Shown here: one piece after another, positions 27,265 through 38,373 of the stretch
How positions within the stretch are numbered: position 1 is the stretch's first letter
How the letters are laid out: each line of letters opens with the position of its first letter
NCBI RefSeq assembly: GCF_039654945.1
Contig: NW_027361838.1
Location: 24,056,001-24,120,000, forward strand
Source: Dendrobates tinctorius
Taxonomy: Eukaryota
DNA length: 64,000 nt
Direction of reading: 5' to 3'
Translations under genes and position numbers: made by a program
Notes under the pieces: model-generated
What the model was told of the DNA's origin: nothing
Seen by the model: the letters and a program-made list of their open reading frames with translations, nothing else
Databases searched by the model: none

Positions 27265-27646
27265 GAATATGCAAATAAAGTCCGTGGAGCCTCTGATGAG
27301 GGGCAACACTCAGAAACAGCTGTCTGTGGATGGATACCTGGCCTTGGTATTCCCCTTGTCATATCTGTAAACTCGTAAAGAGCTGGATATTGACTTAAAG
27401 GGCTACTTAATATGGTGGTAATGGTGGTTTCCAAAAGGAGCCACTCCTTGCCTGGGTCCTTCCCTGGAGGAAGATCTGGCTAGTTCCATGTTTGAGACTC
27501 TTAAATGAGGCTCCACGGACTTTATTTGCATATTCGTATTTCCCAGGGAGCAATGCACCTAGGATTTCACTGATTGAGCGCCTTTCCCGGCTGCCGCAGT
27601 GTTTTCTTTGACTGGTCTCCCTGAGGTCAGTGATTATTTTGTGATG
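27265..27646 (+). mobile_element. Short Penelope-type insertion with 5' inverted duplication and hammerhead relic
   Basis: TSD TTTTTAATGAATGAAT (27253-27268 and 27647-27662). 27265-27293 is the exact reverse complement of 27507-27535, and the hammerhead core follows directly. Confidence 0.75.
27293..27333 (+). ncRNA. Minimal type I hammerhead ribozyme relic
   Basis: CTGATGA-GGGG caaca CTCA-GAAAC AGCT GTC-TGTGGATGG. Core boxes intact, palindromic stem III loop, GUC site at 27322-27324. Stem II is damaged and the stem I 5' strand is missing. Confidence 0.7.
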
Positions 27647-28023
27647 TTTTTAATGAATGAATTCACTCATTACATACATTTACTACATGCACATTTCTTT
27701 AGGTCTGTTAGTTGTTGCACAATGTAGAGGAGCACACATTTTGTCTTCAGGACATCCTCCTACCATTACTACCCTGACATTTTCACTAGCTCTGATGAAT
27801 TCTTTGAAAAATAGAATCATTTTGCCTATCATTGCTCCAGGTCTTCAAAGTCGTGAGACAAAAAAATCCAACAGGGTGGGTAGTGTTTGTGAGGGTTGTG
27901 TTGTGGTCACCGCTCTCATCTCAGCCTCAGACCTTCATTGGATATAATGCTCAATGCAACATTAAAATCTTCATAAAACACCTACGGCCACAATCCTTAT
28001 AGTGAGACTTATATGCATCATAT

Positions 28024-28549
28024 CAACAATATCCCAGATTTAGAAAAAATGCATGACAAAATATATTAAAAACATCACGTTCATTTAGAATATATAATAG
28101 GTAAAAAAGTCCAGGATGAAGCATTTGTATGCGAAACGTGCTGTGGGCCCCTAGTCTTTGAGCTTTACCTATCACTGATTTTGCCATACATATATGGGTA
28201 TTATACTTTCTTTTGATGATTGTCTGCTATACATGTAATCTATAGATGACTTACTTGGAGTAGTTTAACTACTCTGGCCATACATTCTACTTCTGAGATC
28301 CACCTCAGCACATATATGTATTTGAATTGTGCATGTACAACTATATACTGTCAAATTATATACCCAGGCTTTATTAATCGGTGTGCATACCAACTTTGGT
28401 CTTTTTTAGCTATTTCTGTAATTTATACCTGGTGTCCTGTGTTGTTTCATTATTATCGTATGTCATTTTTGTTCTATTTTTGTATATTCTAAATCTGCCA
28501 TTTTTTTTTATATATTTTGGCTTTCAGTTTTTCTAAATTGTGGTTATTG
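28024..28549 (+). mobile_element. Old Penelope-type relic with inverted arms and a degenerate hammerhead (about 28109-28148)
   Basis: About 70-bp imperfect inverted repeat (about 28027-28094 vs 28483-28549); gtccaGGATGAA-GCAT ttgt ATGC-GAAAC gtgc tgtgggc. Confidence 0.5.
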
Positions 28550-29646
28550 CAGTCTTCATGTCACGAGCACTAGCCAAAGTGAAAGAGACCTTTATAAGTA
28601 TCCCCTACTTACTTTGAACTAGTTTTGCTAGTGACATCCCTGATACTCCACTTATACATGGAGCCCATAGCCTGAATTGGTTGCCACAAAGCAAGTAATG
28701 CAAGAAAAAAAAAATATTTGGTGGTTCCTATTAAATCTTATAGTATTTTGGTGAAATTTTGGTCTTTCATGTTTTTCTATAGAAGTGTAGTTTTAGGTGC
28801 TTTGTTCTAAACTGCGCAGACAGCTGTTGTAATGGCATACCTGAGGTATACCCCAAGTTCTCAAAGAATAGCTCAGTGGGGGGCTTTGCTGAGAGGTGGC
28901 AGCAGCTGTATCCAGTGTATGAAATCCTCTGCACGCTAAATGTCCTGTGCTCCTCAGGATCACTTTTGGCTGTCCTGACTGATACATTGTCGGGGACAGA
29001 AGAGTGATGATTTGTGCAAATGCGTTTAACCCACGAAGGATTTCTGTACTTTACGCCTAGGGTGGCTTTTACATTGTGCAGATCGCTTCTTGCTTTTCTG
29101 GTTAACTAATCTAGTGGAGCGAATGCCTTTTACCAGAGTAGTGTGGGTTTATGTTCATACACTCTGGTAAAGGAAAGGGATGTCATGTAACTATGATGAG
29201 TGATTAGCACTAAATATAGCTCTGTATAATGAACAGAGAAAGCACTGTTTCATATGAAGATCCACACAAACACAGCGGTGAATACAAGGAAGCTGGGTTA
29301 ACCTTTTCCCTGCTGGTGAGATAATCAGTCATTCCACCGGAACTCCTTGAGAATACAGCGGATGAAAGAAATGGCTGTGTTCTCAGCAAGCCGGCTTCCT
29401 TCTGCTCCACAAAGCTGGCTGGGAAATGGCACCGTAAAACAGGACTGCTGGACAGCATATTACATATAGGCTTACGTCCTAATGTTCTCCTGCGGAAACA
29501 AATAAAATTCCCTTACTGTTATAATGAAAGGCATACATGAGTATATTGCAATTAGATCAACTTTTTTAAAGGCGTTTTCTGACCCTTTTAATTTTTATGA
29601 CTTGTCTGTAGGGGCTGAGCAGCAAGGCGTTCCAGACTATGGTCGC

Positions 29647-30288
29647 CAGGGCTGTGGAGTCGGTAAGCCAAACCTGCGACTCCGACTCCTCAATTTCCCT
29701 TACACCGACTCCACGACTCCGACTCAGACTCCCACACATATTGCTTATATTTAAGTGAAAAATTTATTGTAGTACAATGTGAACCTCAGACATTTAATCA
29801 TTTCTATGATCCAATAATCAAGATATTTAGATAGAACAGAATATATATTGGTGTACTGCCCGGTTTTCATTCTTTTTGGTACAGATACGATATGGATAGA
29901 CAGATATGGATAAATGGATAGAGCAGATTTCTAATCTGCTTTTGCTATTGAAAACATTATCTATGAGCTCAAAAACCTTTCAGGTGATGCGGTTTTTTAA
30001 AAAGATGATCAGCTTTTGCAGCTGAAAAACGTATCCTCAAAAAACACAGGAAAAACGCTGTGTGTGAATGTAGCCTTAGATCAGGAATAGAACAGCCATT
30101 TATAGGACATTTCATAACTTTCCCAAACTCCTATGAAAAAATATTCAGCACATCCTGCATTGAATTACTGTACCCAATTTATTATATATTTTAGGAGTCG
30201 GTCCATTTTATACCGACTCCAACTCCGACTCCACCAAAATGAGCACCGACTCCGACTCCACGACTCCGACTCCGACTCCACAGCCCTG
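29647..30288 (-). mobile_element. hAT MITE copy 2, inverted relative to copy 1
   Basis: Same TIR, perfect TSD ATGGTCGC (29639-29646 and 30289-30296), near-identical to 12472-13135. Confidence 0.95.
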
Positions 30289-30450
30289 ATGGTCGCTGCA
30301 GAACTTTGTCCTCTGCAATATGCAGATCGTACATGAAAACGTGCAAATGGCTTTTTAATATTCTCCGGCCTCTGATCTGACCAGTTGATATTGCATACAG
30401 GCCCAAAGCCTGAGGCCGGTCTGCTGAGAAGTTCTGACTGCTGCATTCCC

Positions 30451-30518
30451 TGCTCTGGTTACTGTCAGGTGCGGTGCTGTCATGTAGACACATCTCCTTT
30501 TAAAAGATGATTATATTT

Positions 30519-30579
<61 letters not shown>

Positions 30580-30644
30580 TATAATCATCTTTTAAAAGGA
30601 GATGTGTCTACATGACAGCACCGCACCTGACAGTAACCAGAGCA
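30451..30644. repeat. Perfect 70-bp-arm palindrome centred on (TA)n
   Basis: 30451-30520 is the exact reverse complement of 30575-30644; the spacer is (AT)n. Confidence 0.92.
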
Positions 30645-30834
30645 ACATTCATAATAAAATGAATGTTGCAAACAACTCTGTTGCTTTACCCTACATATTT
30701 ATAGCTGCCTAAGGAGGGAATTGTTTTTTTATTAATAGAAACTTTAGGGTTGACTTCCTTGGGACTTTCCCACTGTGGATTTTGCTACGAGAGATGCAGT
30801 GCTGTTTCCGCAAACGTCACCCTTTTCCATTTAA

Positions 30835-31423
30835 AGGGAATCTGTCACCCCATTTTTGCTCTATGAGCTGCGGCCACCGCCATCAGGGGCTTATCTACAG
30901 CATTTTGTAATGATTTAGATAAGCGCCCCCCCGATGTAACCTGAAAGATAAGAAAAATAAGTTAGATTATACTCACCCAGGGTCCGGTCCGATGGGTGTC
31001 CCGGTCTGGTGCCTCCCATCTTCATGCGATGACGTCCTCCTCCTTACTTCTGCCATGGCTCCTGCGCAGGCGCACTATATCTGCCCTGTTGAGGGCAGAG
31101 TAAAGTACTGCAGTGGGCAGGCGCCGGACCTCTGACCTTTCCCAGCGCCTGCGCACTGTAGTACTCTACTTTGCCCTCAACAGGGAAGAGTAAGTACGAC
31201 TGCTCAGGAGCCACGTCAGAAATAAGGAGGACGTCATCACATGACCGAACCGCGACACCCATCGGACCGGACCAGACACCCAGCTGAGTATAATCTAACT
31301 TGTTTTTCTTATCTTTCAGGTTACATCGGGGGGGCTTATCTACAGCATTGCAGAATGCTGTAGATAAGCCCCTGATGGCAGTGGCCACAGCTCATGCAGC
31401 AAAAATGGGGTGACAGATTTACT
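30835..31423. mobile_element. Kolobok/T2-like palindromic MITE
   Basis: TTAA-AGGGAATCTGTCACCCCATTTTTGCT / GCAAAAATGGGGTGACAGATTTACT-TTAC; complementary along most of its length. Confidence 0.85.
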
Positions 31424-31654
31424 TTACGCTTGGAGTTTTCTCTGCCTAAGTTCATACAAGCTTAGAAAAAAAAATGTCCAAATTTCAGTTGTCTTCTGTA
31501 TGGAATCCATTTTTATATCTCAGTAGTTAAAATTTACAAGACCAAATACTGTTTCATATGTTAAAGAATTACAATGTATCTTTAAAAATTGGATGTTATA
31601 TAAACTGTATGAGATCCAACATACAGAAAAAAAGTGCATGTAGTGATATATACC

Positions 31655-31689
<35 letters not shown>

Positions 31690-31932
31690 GCAGTAAAAAA
31701 AAAACTCATCAGAGACTAATTGAATAACATTGGTCCTAGTGATGTCTGTTTTTTTGACAGCCCGCACACTTACTGAACTTAGTCATGTGAACTTGGCCTG
31801 TGAGCAAAATTTATTGATGTCTAATCCACAATGTTAGATTTTCCTCACACAATCTGCTGTAGAAAATTGCTGCATACAGTGGCATGTAAAATTTTGGGCA
31901 TCCCTAATTACTGTTGTAATTGTGAACAGTTA

Positions 31933-32139
31933 GGGTATGTGCTCACGCTGTGGTTTTTTACCTGCGGAAAAGCTGCGCGTTTTTTTCTGCAGCATGTCAA
32001 TTGTTTCTGCGGATTCTGCTGCGGTTTCACACCTTTAACATAGTAGAGGTGTAAAACCGCAGGTCACTTTACCTGCGGTTTTACCTGCGTTTCCGCGGGA
32101 AAAAACCCGCAGGTGAATCCGCAGCGTGTGCACTCACCC
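31933..32139. mobile_element. Harbinger-like MITE in the Tc1 left TIR
   Basis: GGGTATGTGCTCACGCTG / CAGCGTGTGCACTCACCC, TTA TSD. Confidence 0.8.
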
Positions 32140-33521
32140 TTAAGCATCTTGAACATGAAATAATCTCTAACAGGGCTAAAGTTAAAGATGACCCATTTCT
32201 TTGGTATTTTAGGAAAAACAATTGTTATTTTTTACATTTTGAAAGTTACAAAATGGAAAATGGGCCTATGCAAAAGTTTGGCCACCCTTGGAGATTTGTG
32301 TGCTCAGATAACTTTGACAAAGGTTTCAGTCCTTACTTAGCCTGTTAAAGTTATGGCTTGTTCACTATCATCGTTAGGAAAGGCCAGGTGATGCAAACTT
32401 CCCAGCTTTATAAAACCCAGCCTTCTGTAACTTTTTGCCAAAAAACAGCAGCCATGTGTTTTTCTGAGCAGCTGTGTAGCACTCTCAAAGTGAAAATGGT
32501 GGAGGCCCACAAAGCGGGAGAAAGCTATAAGAAGATAGCAGTGTGGTTTTAAGTTGATCTTTCCTCAGTTTGTAATGTAATTAAGAAATGGCAGTTAACA
32601 GCAACAGTGGAGATCAAGATAAGGTTTGGAAGACCAAGCAAAATTTCAGTGAGGATTGCTAGAGAGACAATTCAGAATGCCTGCTTTTATTTAAAAGACC
32701 CTCAAAGATTTAGAAGATTCTGGAGATGTGGTGCATTGTTCTACTGTTCAGAGACACCTGCACAAATATGGCCTTCATGGAAGTCATCAGAGGAAAACGT
32801 CTCCTGCATCCTCACCTTAAAATTCTGCATCAGAAGTATGGAAAAGAACATCTAAACAAGAACAAGCCTAATGCATTTTGGAAACAATTCCTGTGGACCG
32901 TTGAGGTTAAAATAGAACTCTTTGGCCGCAATGATCAAAGGTATGTGTGGAGAAAAAGGGCACAAAATTTCAGGAAAACCTCTCAACAACCATTAAGCAT
33001 GGGGGTGGATAAATCATGCTTTGGGGTTGTGTTGTAGCCAGTGGTACAGGGAACGTTTCACGGGTAGCAGGAAGATTGGATTCAATGAAATTTCAACAAA
33101 TTTTTGATGCTAACAGAACACCATGCGTAAAAAAGTTGACTTTGAAAAGAGGATGGCTTCTGCAAATGTATAATGATACTAAACATGTCAAACTCCACAA
33201 TAGACTACCTCAAAAGACATAAGGTGAAGGTTTTACAATGACCCTCACAGTCCCGTAATGTGAGTGTCATTGAAAATCAGTGCATACAAGATGACCGAGG
33301 AATCTCACAGAACTGGAAGAATTTTCCAAGGAAGAATGGGTGAAAATCACTCAAACAAGAATTGAAAGACTCTTGGCTGGCTACAAAAAGCCTTTAGAAG
33401 CTGTGATACTTTCAAAAGGGGGTGCTACTAGATAATGACCATACAGGGTGCCCAAACTTTTGTATGCATAGGTCCATTTTCCTTTTTATAATTTTTAAAA
33501 TATAAAAGATGAAAATATGTA

Positions 33522-33970
33522 CCTTATTTTTCGGAATATAAGACGCACCCCAAATTTTCAGAAGGAAAATAGGGGAAAAAAATGTGTCAAATGGGGGTGT
33601 ATCTTAGAGTCCGAATTCAGCTTACAATGGAAGGGATCGGCACAGGTGGAGGAGTGGTCACAGGGGTGGTTTGGTGGTCCAGGCTGATGCGGTGACCTCT
33701 GGGAAATCCCATCCAAGGCTGGTGCAGCGGCTTTGCTCTGTGGGGCGGCAGCGGAGCTCTGTGCTGCATTGGAGGGCTTCGCCAGCTTTGACAAAATGCC
33801 GGCGGAGTACCACCGCACCACAGATCACAGCCGCAGTAGCCTGGGAAGGGAGGCTGCATCGAGACCACCTCCACAGGATTTGTAAGTATATTCCGATCAT
33901 AAGACGCACCCCCATTTTCCCCCCATATTGTTTGGGGTAAAAAGTTTGTCTTATGGTCTGAAAAATACGG
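33522..33970. mobile_element. Tc2/pogo-like non-autonomous element in the Tc1 right TIR
   Basis: TA-CCTTATTTTTCGGAATATAAGACGCAC / GTCTTATGGTCTGAAAAATACGG-TG. Confidence 0.75.
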
Positions 33971-34147
33971 TGTATATATTTTACCTAAAATACAAAGGAA
34001 ATGTCATCTTTAACTGTTGTCCATAAGAGTAATTTTGAACAGGGGTGCCCAAACTTTTACATGCCAATGTATGTGGCCATGGATACCTACCATTAAAATG
34101 GAACTGTCACTAGATTTCACAATACAAACTGCATGTATTACTAAATA

Positions 34148-35154
34148 CTGTATTTTTCAGACTATAAGACGCACTTTTTTTCCTCCAAAGAATTTGGAGG
34201 AAAATGGGGTTGCACCTTATAGTCCAGATGCACCGGCTATGGTGGGCAGGTGAGGGAGTGGTTTCGGCGGGTCACCGAGACAGGAGCCAGCTGCTGCGGC
34301 TAAATCCTGTGCCCGCTGCTAAAGAGAAATGAATATTCACTGTCTTTGCGCACGCACAGTCCTGGCGTGCAGAGCACTGAGTATTACAGCAGCTGCCCTT
34401 CGGCTTGCAAGCAGCGCATGACGTCCTTGCCGTGAGCTGCTTACAAGCATAAAGCTGTTGCTGGCACCGGTACAGGACGCTGCCAGGGAGCGCCAGGAAG
34501 GCAAGTGTAATGGTTTGTTTTTTAATGTTTGGTATGCGTGGCCTATCATACCAGGATCGGGATGAGGCCAATCATACCAGTGTAAGGATGGGACCATGCA
34601 TACCAGGAGCAGGATGGGGCCAATCATACCAGGGTACGGATGAGATCATGCATACCAGGACTGGATTGGAGCCAATCATACCAGGGTAAGGATGGGATCA
34701 TGTATACCAGGACTGGGATGGGGGCCAATCATACCAGGTTAAGGATGGGGCCATGCATACTAGGACGAGATGGGGGCCCTGCATACCAGGATAGGGATGA
34801 GGGGGACCATTCCTACCAGGATAGGGATGAGGGGGACCATTCGTACCAGGATGGGGATGTGGGGGGCCGTTCCTACCAGGATGTGGATGAGGGGGGCCGT
34901 TCCTACCAGGATGGGGATGAGGAGGACCGTTCCTACCAGGATGGGGATGAGGGGGACCATTCCTACCAGGATGGGGATGAGGGGGACCATGCATAACAGG
35001 ATGGGGATGAGGGGGGACCATATATACCAGGATAGGGGGATATTAAGTACAGAATTGATTGCATTTTTTGCTTCATTTTTTTTTTCTAACCCCCTCCTCT
35101 AAAAACCTAGGTGCGTCTTATGATCCGGTACGTCTTATAGTCTGAAAAATACGG
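34148..35154. mobile_element. Tc2/pogo-like non-autonomous element carrying a minisatellite
   Basis: TA-CTGTATTTTTCAGACTATAAGACG / CGTCTTATAGTCTGAAAAATACGG-TA. Confidence 0.85.
34545..35040. repeat. G-rich minisatellite, 27-30 bp units (CCAGGATGGGGATGAGGGGGACCATTCCTA)
   Basis: Direct reading; it explains the 10-aa periodic ORFs in the ORF track. Confidence 0.9.
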
Positions 35155-36767
35155 TAGATCTTAGACCTGATGAGGCTGGTTTATTTACTTTGAATATCCA
35201 TGACAGATTGGCTGCATTATTATTTTTGAAAGTTTAACTTCATCTTTACTGACCTAGCCTGATTGGTTTTTCAGTGTCCCTCTTGCTGCTGAGATCTCAC
35301 TGCTCAGTACAAGCTATACCTCTTGAGTCAGACTGGGGGGTGAAGACATTGGGATTTTGGCAATGAGCTAATCTAACTAGTTTTGAACCGCCCATAGACA
35401 TTAAACAGCTGAGAGATCCGCGCTTTACTCTGTACTGACATTTTAAAACGTCAATGCAGAGTAAGCTGCTTGCACAAGATCATCCACTTGTGGTGGTGGG
35501 GAGCCTGTTGTCAGGCAAGCCAGACTTTTGACAGAGATGACTTATTACTATCTCTGCCTTCCTGGTTGCTGTGTACACAGATTAGGACGCAGAAAGATCA
35601 CGTACTCCTGCGGAACCAATGATCAAGCGATTTGTTGTTTTTTTGTTTGCTTTTATTTGTTTTAGAGCTTTTTAAAATTGCATGTAGGACAAAACCCCAA
35701 AATGTGCCTCGTCAGGAGCCAGGGCAAGTGTTGAACTTGTTAAAATGTTTTCCAGGCTGAAAAGAAAATTATACAGTTATTCCATTTGATTGTAGACTGT
35801 TGAAATGTGACAGTGTGAAATGCATATATGGTTACGATTCCACCCTTTTTCCAGTGCAAGTGGGTGGATGTATGACTGGAAGCATGAGATTTGCATATTT
35901 GCAGTCACATGCAAACTAGATTCTCATCCGTTTACAAATTGCGTGACCACCCACTTATACTGGCAATAGAGAGGAAGAAATAGTGACACTGCACTTTGCA
36001 CACCGTCACGATTCGACAGTCTGCAGCCACAGAGTTGCTGTACACTGCAAAACCCTTTTAAACCTCCATATATCATTCAGACTTGAGTTTTACTCACACG
36101 AGTTTCATCCCTGTTTTTTACTGATAGAATGTGTACCTGTTATAGTTTGTAACGTAGACATGTCCTATTTTGATCCGAGCTTTGGATCAATCTCGCCAAT
36201 GAAAGTTATGGGTCCATGAAAAAAAGGAGACCGTTTTCGGTTGCCATCCTGCTGTTTGTTTTCCTCTGTTTGATATGAGATGCATGAGAAACCTCCTGGT
36301 AGGGATTTTTGTTTATCGGAGAAACTAATGAATCTGAACTACTTTGATGGGTAAAACTGACACACTGACTAAACTTTGATTTAAAAAAACAAAAAAAACA
36401 AACTTGGACCATTTTTTATTTCATACGAGGAAAATCGCTGATGTCTGAAGGAGCCCTTTAACTCTTTAGATGCCGTTATCTGTACTTGATCTGTGATTAG
36501 CAGCCATGGGCAGGGTGTGTTCTGGGCGCTTTCTCCATTTCCACAAGCCTTGGAGGTGTTGTCGGTGCAGGAATGTTTTCTACTAATCTTTCCTCACCCT
36601 CTACTCCGGTGTATATGATCTGAGATTGGCATCAGGGTTGTTCGCCCTTGCGTGCCTTTCATTCTCTTGTGTATTGTCTATTTTCCCATGTGTTTATTGC
36701 TTATTTTGTCATTTGCCTCTACTGGCAACAAAACAAACAGTAAGTAATACCCTAGATACCACACATT

Positions 36768-36918
36768 CAGTTAGGTCGTCCAGAAATATTTGGACAGTGA
36801 TACAAGTTTTGTCATTTTAGCTTTTTACCCAAACTTACTCAAGATGCAGTGATATAGTCGATATGGGCTTAATGTGCAGAGACTCTGCTATAATTTGAGG
36901 GTATTCACATCCTAATTT
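36768..36918 (+). mobile_element. Tc1-type TIR fragment
   Basis: CAGTTAGGTC..CCAGAAATATTTGGACAGTG terminus without a body. Confidence 0.5.
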
Positions 36919-38314
36919 TGTCTTGGAGCAAGAGTAATTGTCTGATTGGTCAAATGAGGTGTATGCATAGAAGTAGCCTGTTGTATCAGTGAAAAACTGC
37001 TTGCACCACAGTTTTATTTTGTCTTTTATTCTTCTAAGTTAAGAACTTGGGCGTAAAAGTGGCTACGTAGTGTCTATATCAGAGTAAAGTGAAATTTAAT
37101 ACTCGCCACTGTCTCTGTGTATCCTATGTTTATCCTAAGATTTTCATTCCTCAGTTACCACAAACCTAAATTAGATGCCACTTTAAAACGAGCCTGTGTT
37201 GTGTCAGTAGCACAACAATTGTAATGTCAGCAGTAGCTAGCAATGTATTTTCTTAACTTTTATTTGTACAAAAAAAAAAAAGAATGGTAAAGGCAGAGAC
37301 TCAGCATGTTCTGCTATATTTATGCTTTTTTATTTTTTTGTAGAACCCCCGTAAGTCTCATTTCACATGTCAGTCTTTCTTCCTTTTTTTTTACTCATAG
37401 GCAAAATAGGACTGATTTTTGTCAGTGCACTGGATCCATTTTTCATCGGTTTTTGGTGTGTGTCTCTAGCATCCGTGTAGGTTTTTTTTTTTTTTTTGCA
37501 TGAAAAACCTGGATGTTTCCCAATCTTCTAGCATTAGTCAGTAAAAGACAGACTGTGCATAGGGGTATCAGGCCAGAAAGTAAATGAACATCGTAAGTCC
37601 GTTAAAGTAAAATCAGTAAGTGTTCTGTGAGAGAAACGCATAGAACATGTACGTGAAACTCTGACAGCTGAATGAGACTCTCAAGAACGTGCTAGTGGGG
37701 ATTTTTGAGGGGCCTAGAAGTGCATCCAAATTGCTGTCTTGTAGTGTATGGTGCCCTACTATACCTCCTCATGCTTCCAACAAGAATATATTGGATGGAC
37801 TGAAATGGTGCCTGGGGAGACCCAGCTGACTTGTAATGGGAGTTAGCAAGGTCTCCCATATTTTAATGGCAAGATGTGACAGTTTCCCCTTATTGATTAC
37901 ATGATGCCCCCGATTCATGCAGAAAAAATGTAAATTCATAAAATGGAGAAATTATTAAAATCTTGGAGTTGCTGTGAAACCTTGTAAAGTTCTCATGTCA
38001 CTGTTGTTTTTTGTTTTTCTGATGCATGGACTTTGTACTCTGATTTCAAATTATTTTAAATAGTAAAAGTGTTTGCTCTCTGCTCTCTGTTGGGTTGCCA
38101 AGGTGTGTGTGAATCTAAAATTGGAATACAGGCAAAGTGTCAGTGTTTGCGCTACTCTTAACTTTCCCAGACTTGAATGGTCACATTAGGTCACGATTTA
38201 AAGGGTTTATTATGTTATTGTAGGCATGGCTCAAATTATCATTCTTTATCTATTTAATGTATGTGTAAACATTTGATACCTCTCCTTTGTATATATGCAA
38301 GTGTTGTGGCTGAG

Positions 38315-38317
<3 letters not shown>

Positions 38318-38371
<54 letters not shown>
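38318..38371. repeat. (TA)n microsatellite
   Basis: Direct reading. Confidence 0.95.

Positions 38372-38373
<2 letters not shown>

Larger units (their letters stand above)
31877..34069 (+). mobile_element. Tc1-like transposon, decayed, with nested insertions in both TIRs
   Basis: TA-CAGTGGCATGTAAAATTTTGGGCA / TGCCCAAACTTTTACATGCCAATG-TA. Fragments LKVKMVEAHKAGESYKKIA, GRPSKIS, FWKQFLWTVEVKIELFG and MLWGCVVASGTG. Confidence 0.88.

Noticed and set aside
29126-29173. miR-200/141-like microRNA
   Set aside because: Only superficial CTGGTAAAG similarity; the seed does not match and there is no basal stem.
34640-35102. Repetitive ORFs (SYQDGDEGDH, GPPHPHPGRN)
   Set aside because: Translations of a 30-bp minisatellite that is open in several frames on both strands.
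35167-35190. Other CTGATGA words (also near 45733 and 45980)
   Set aside because: No downstream stem II plus GAAA, so not hammerheads.
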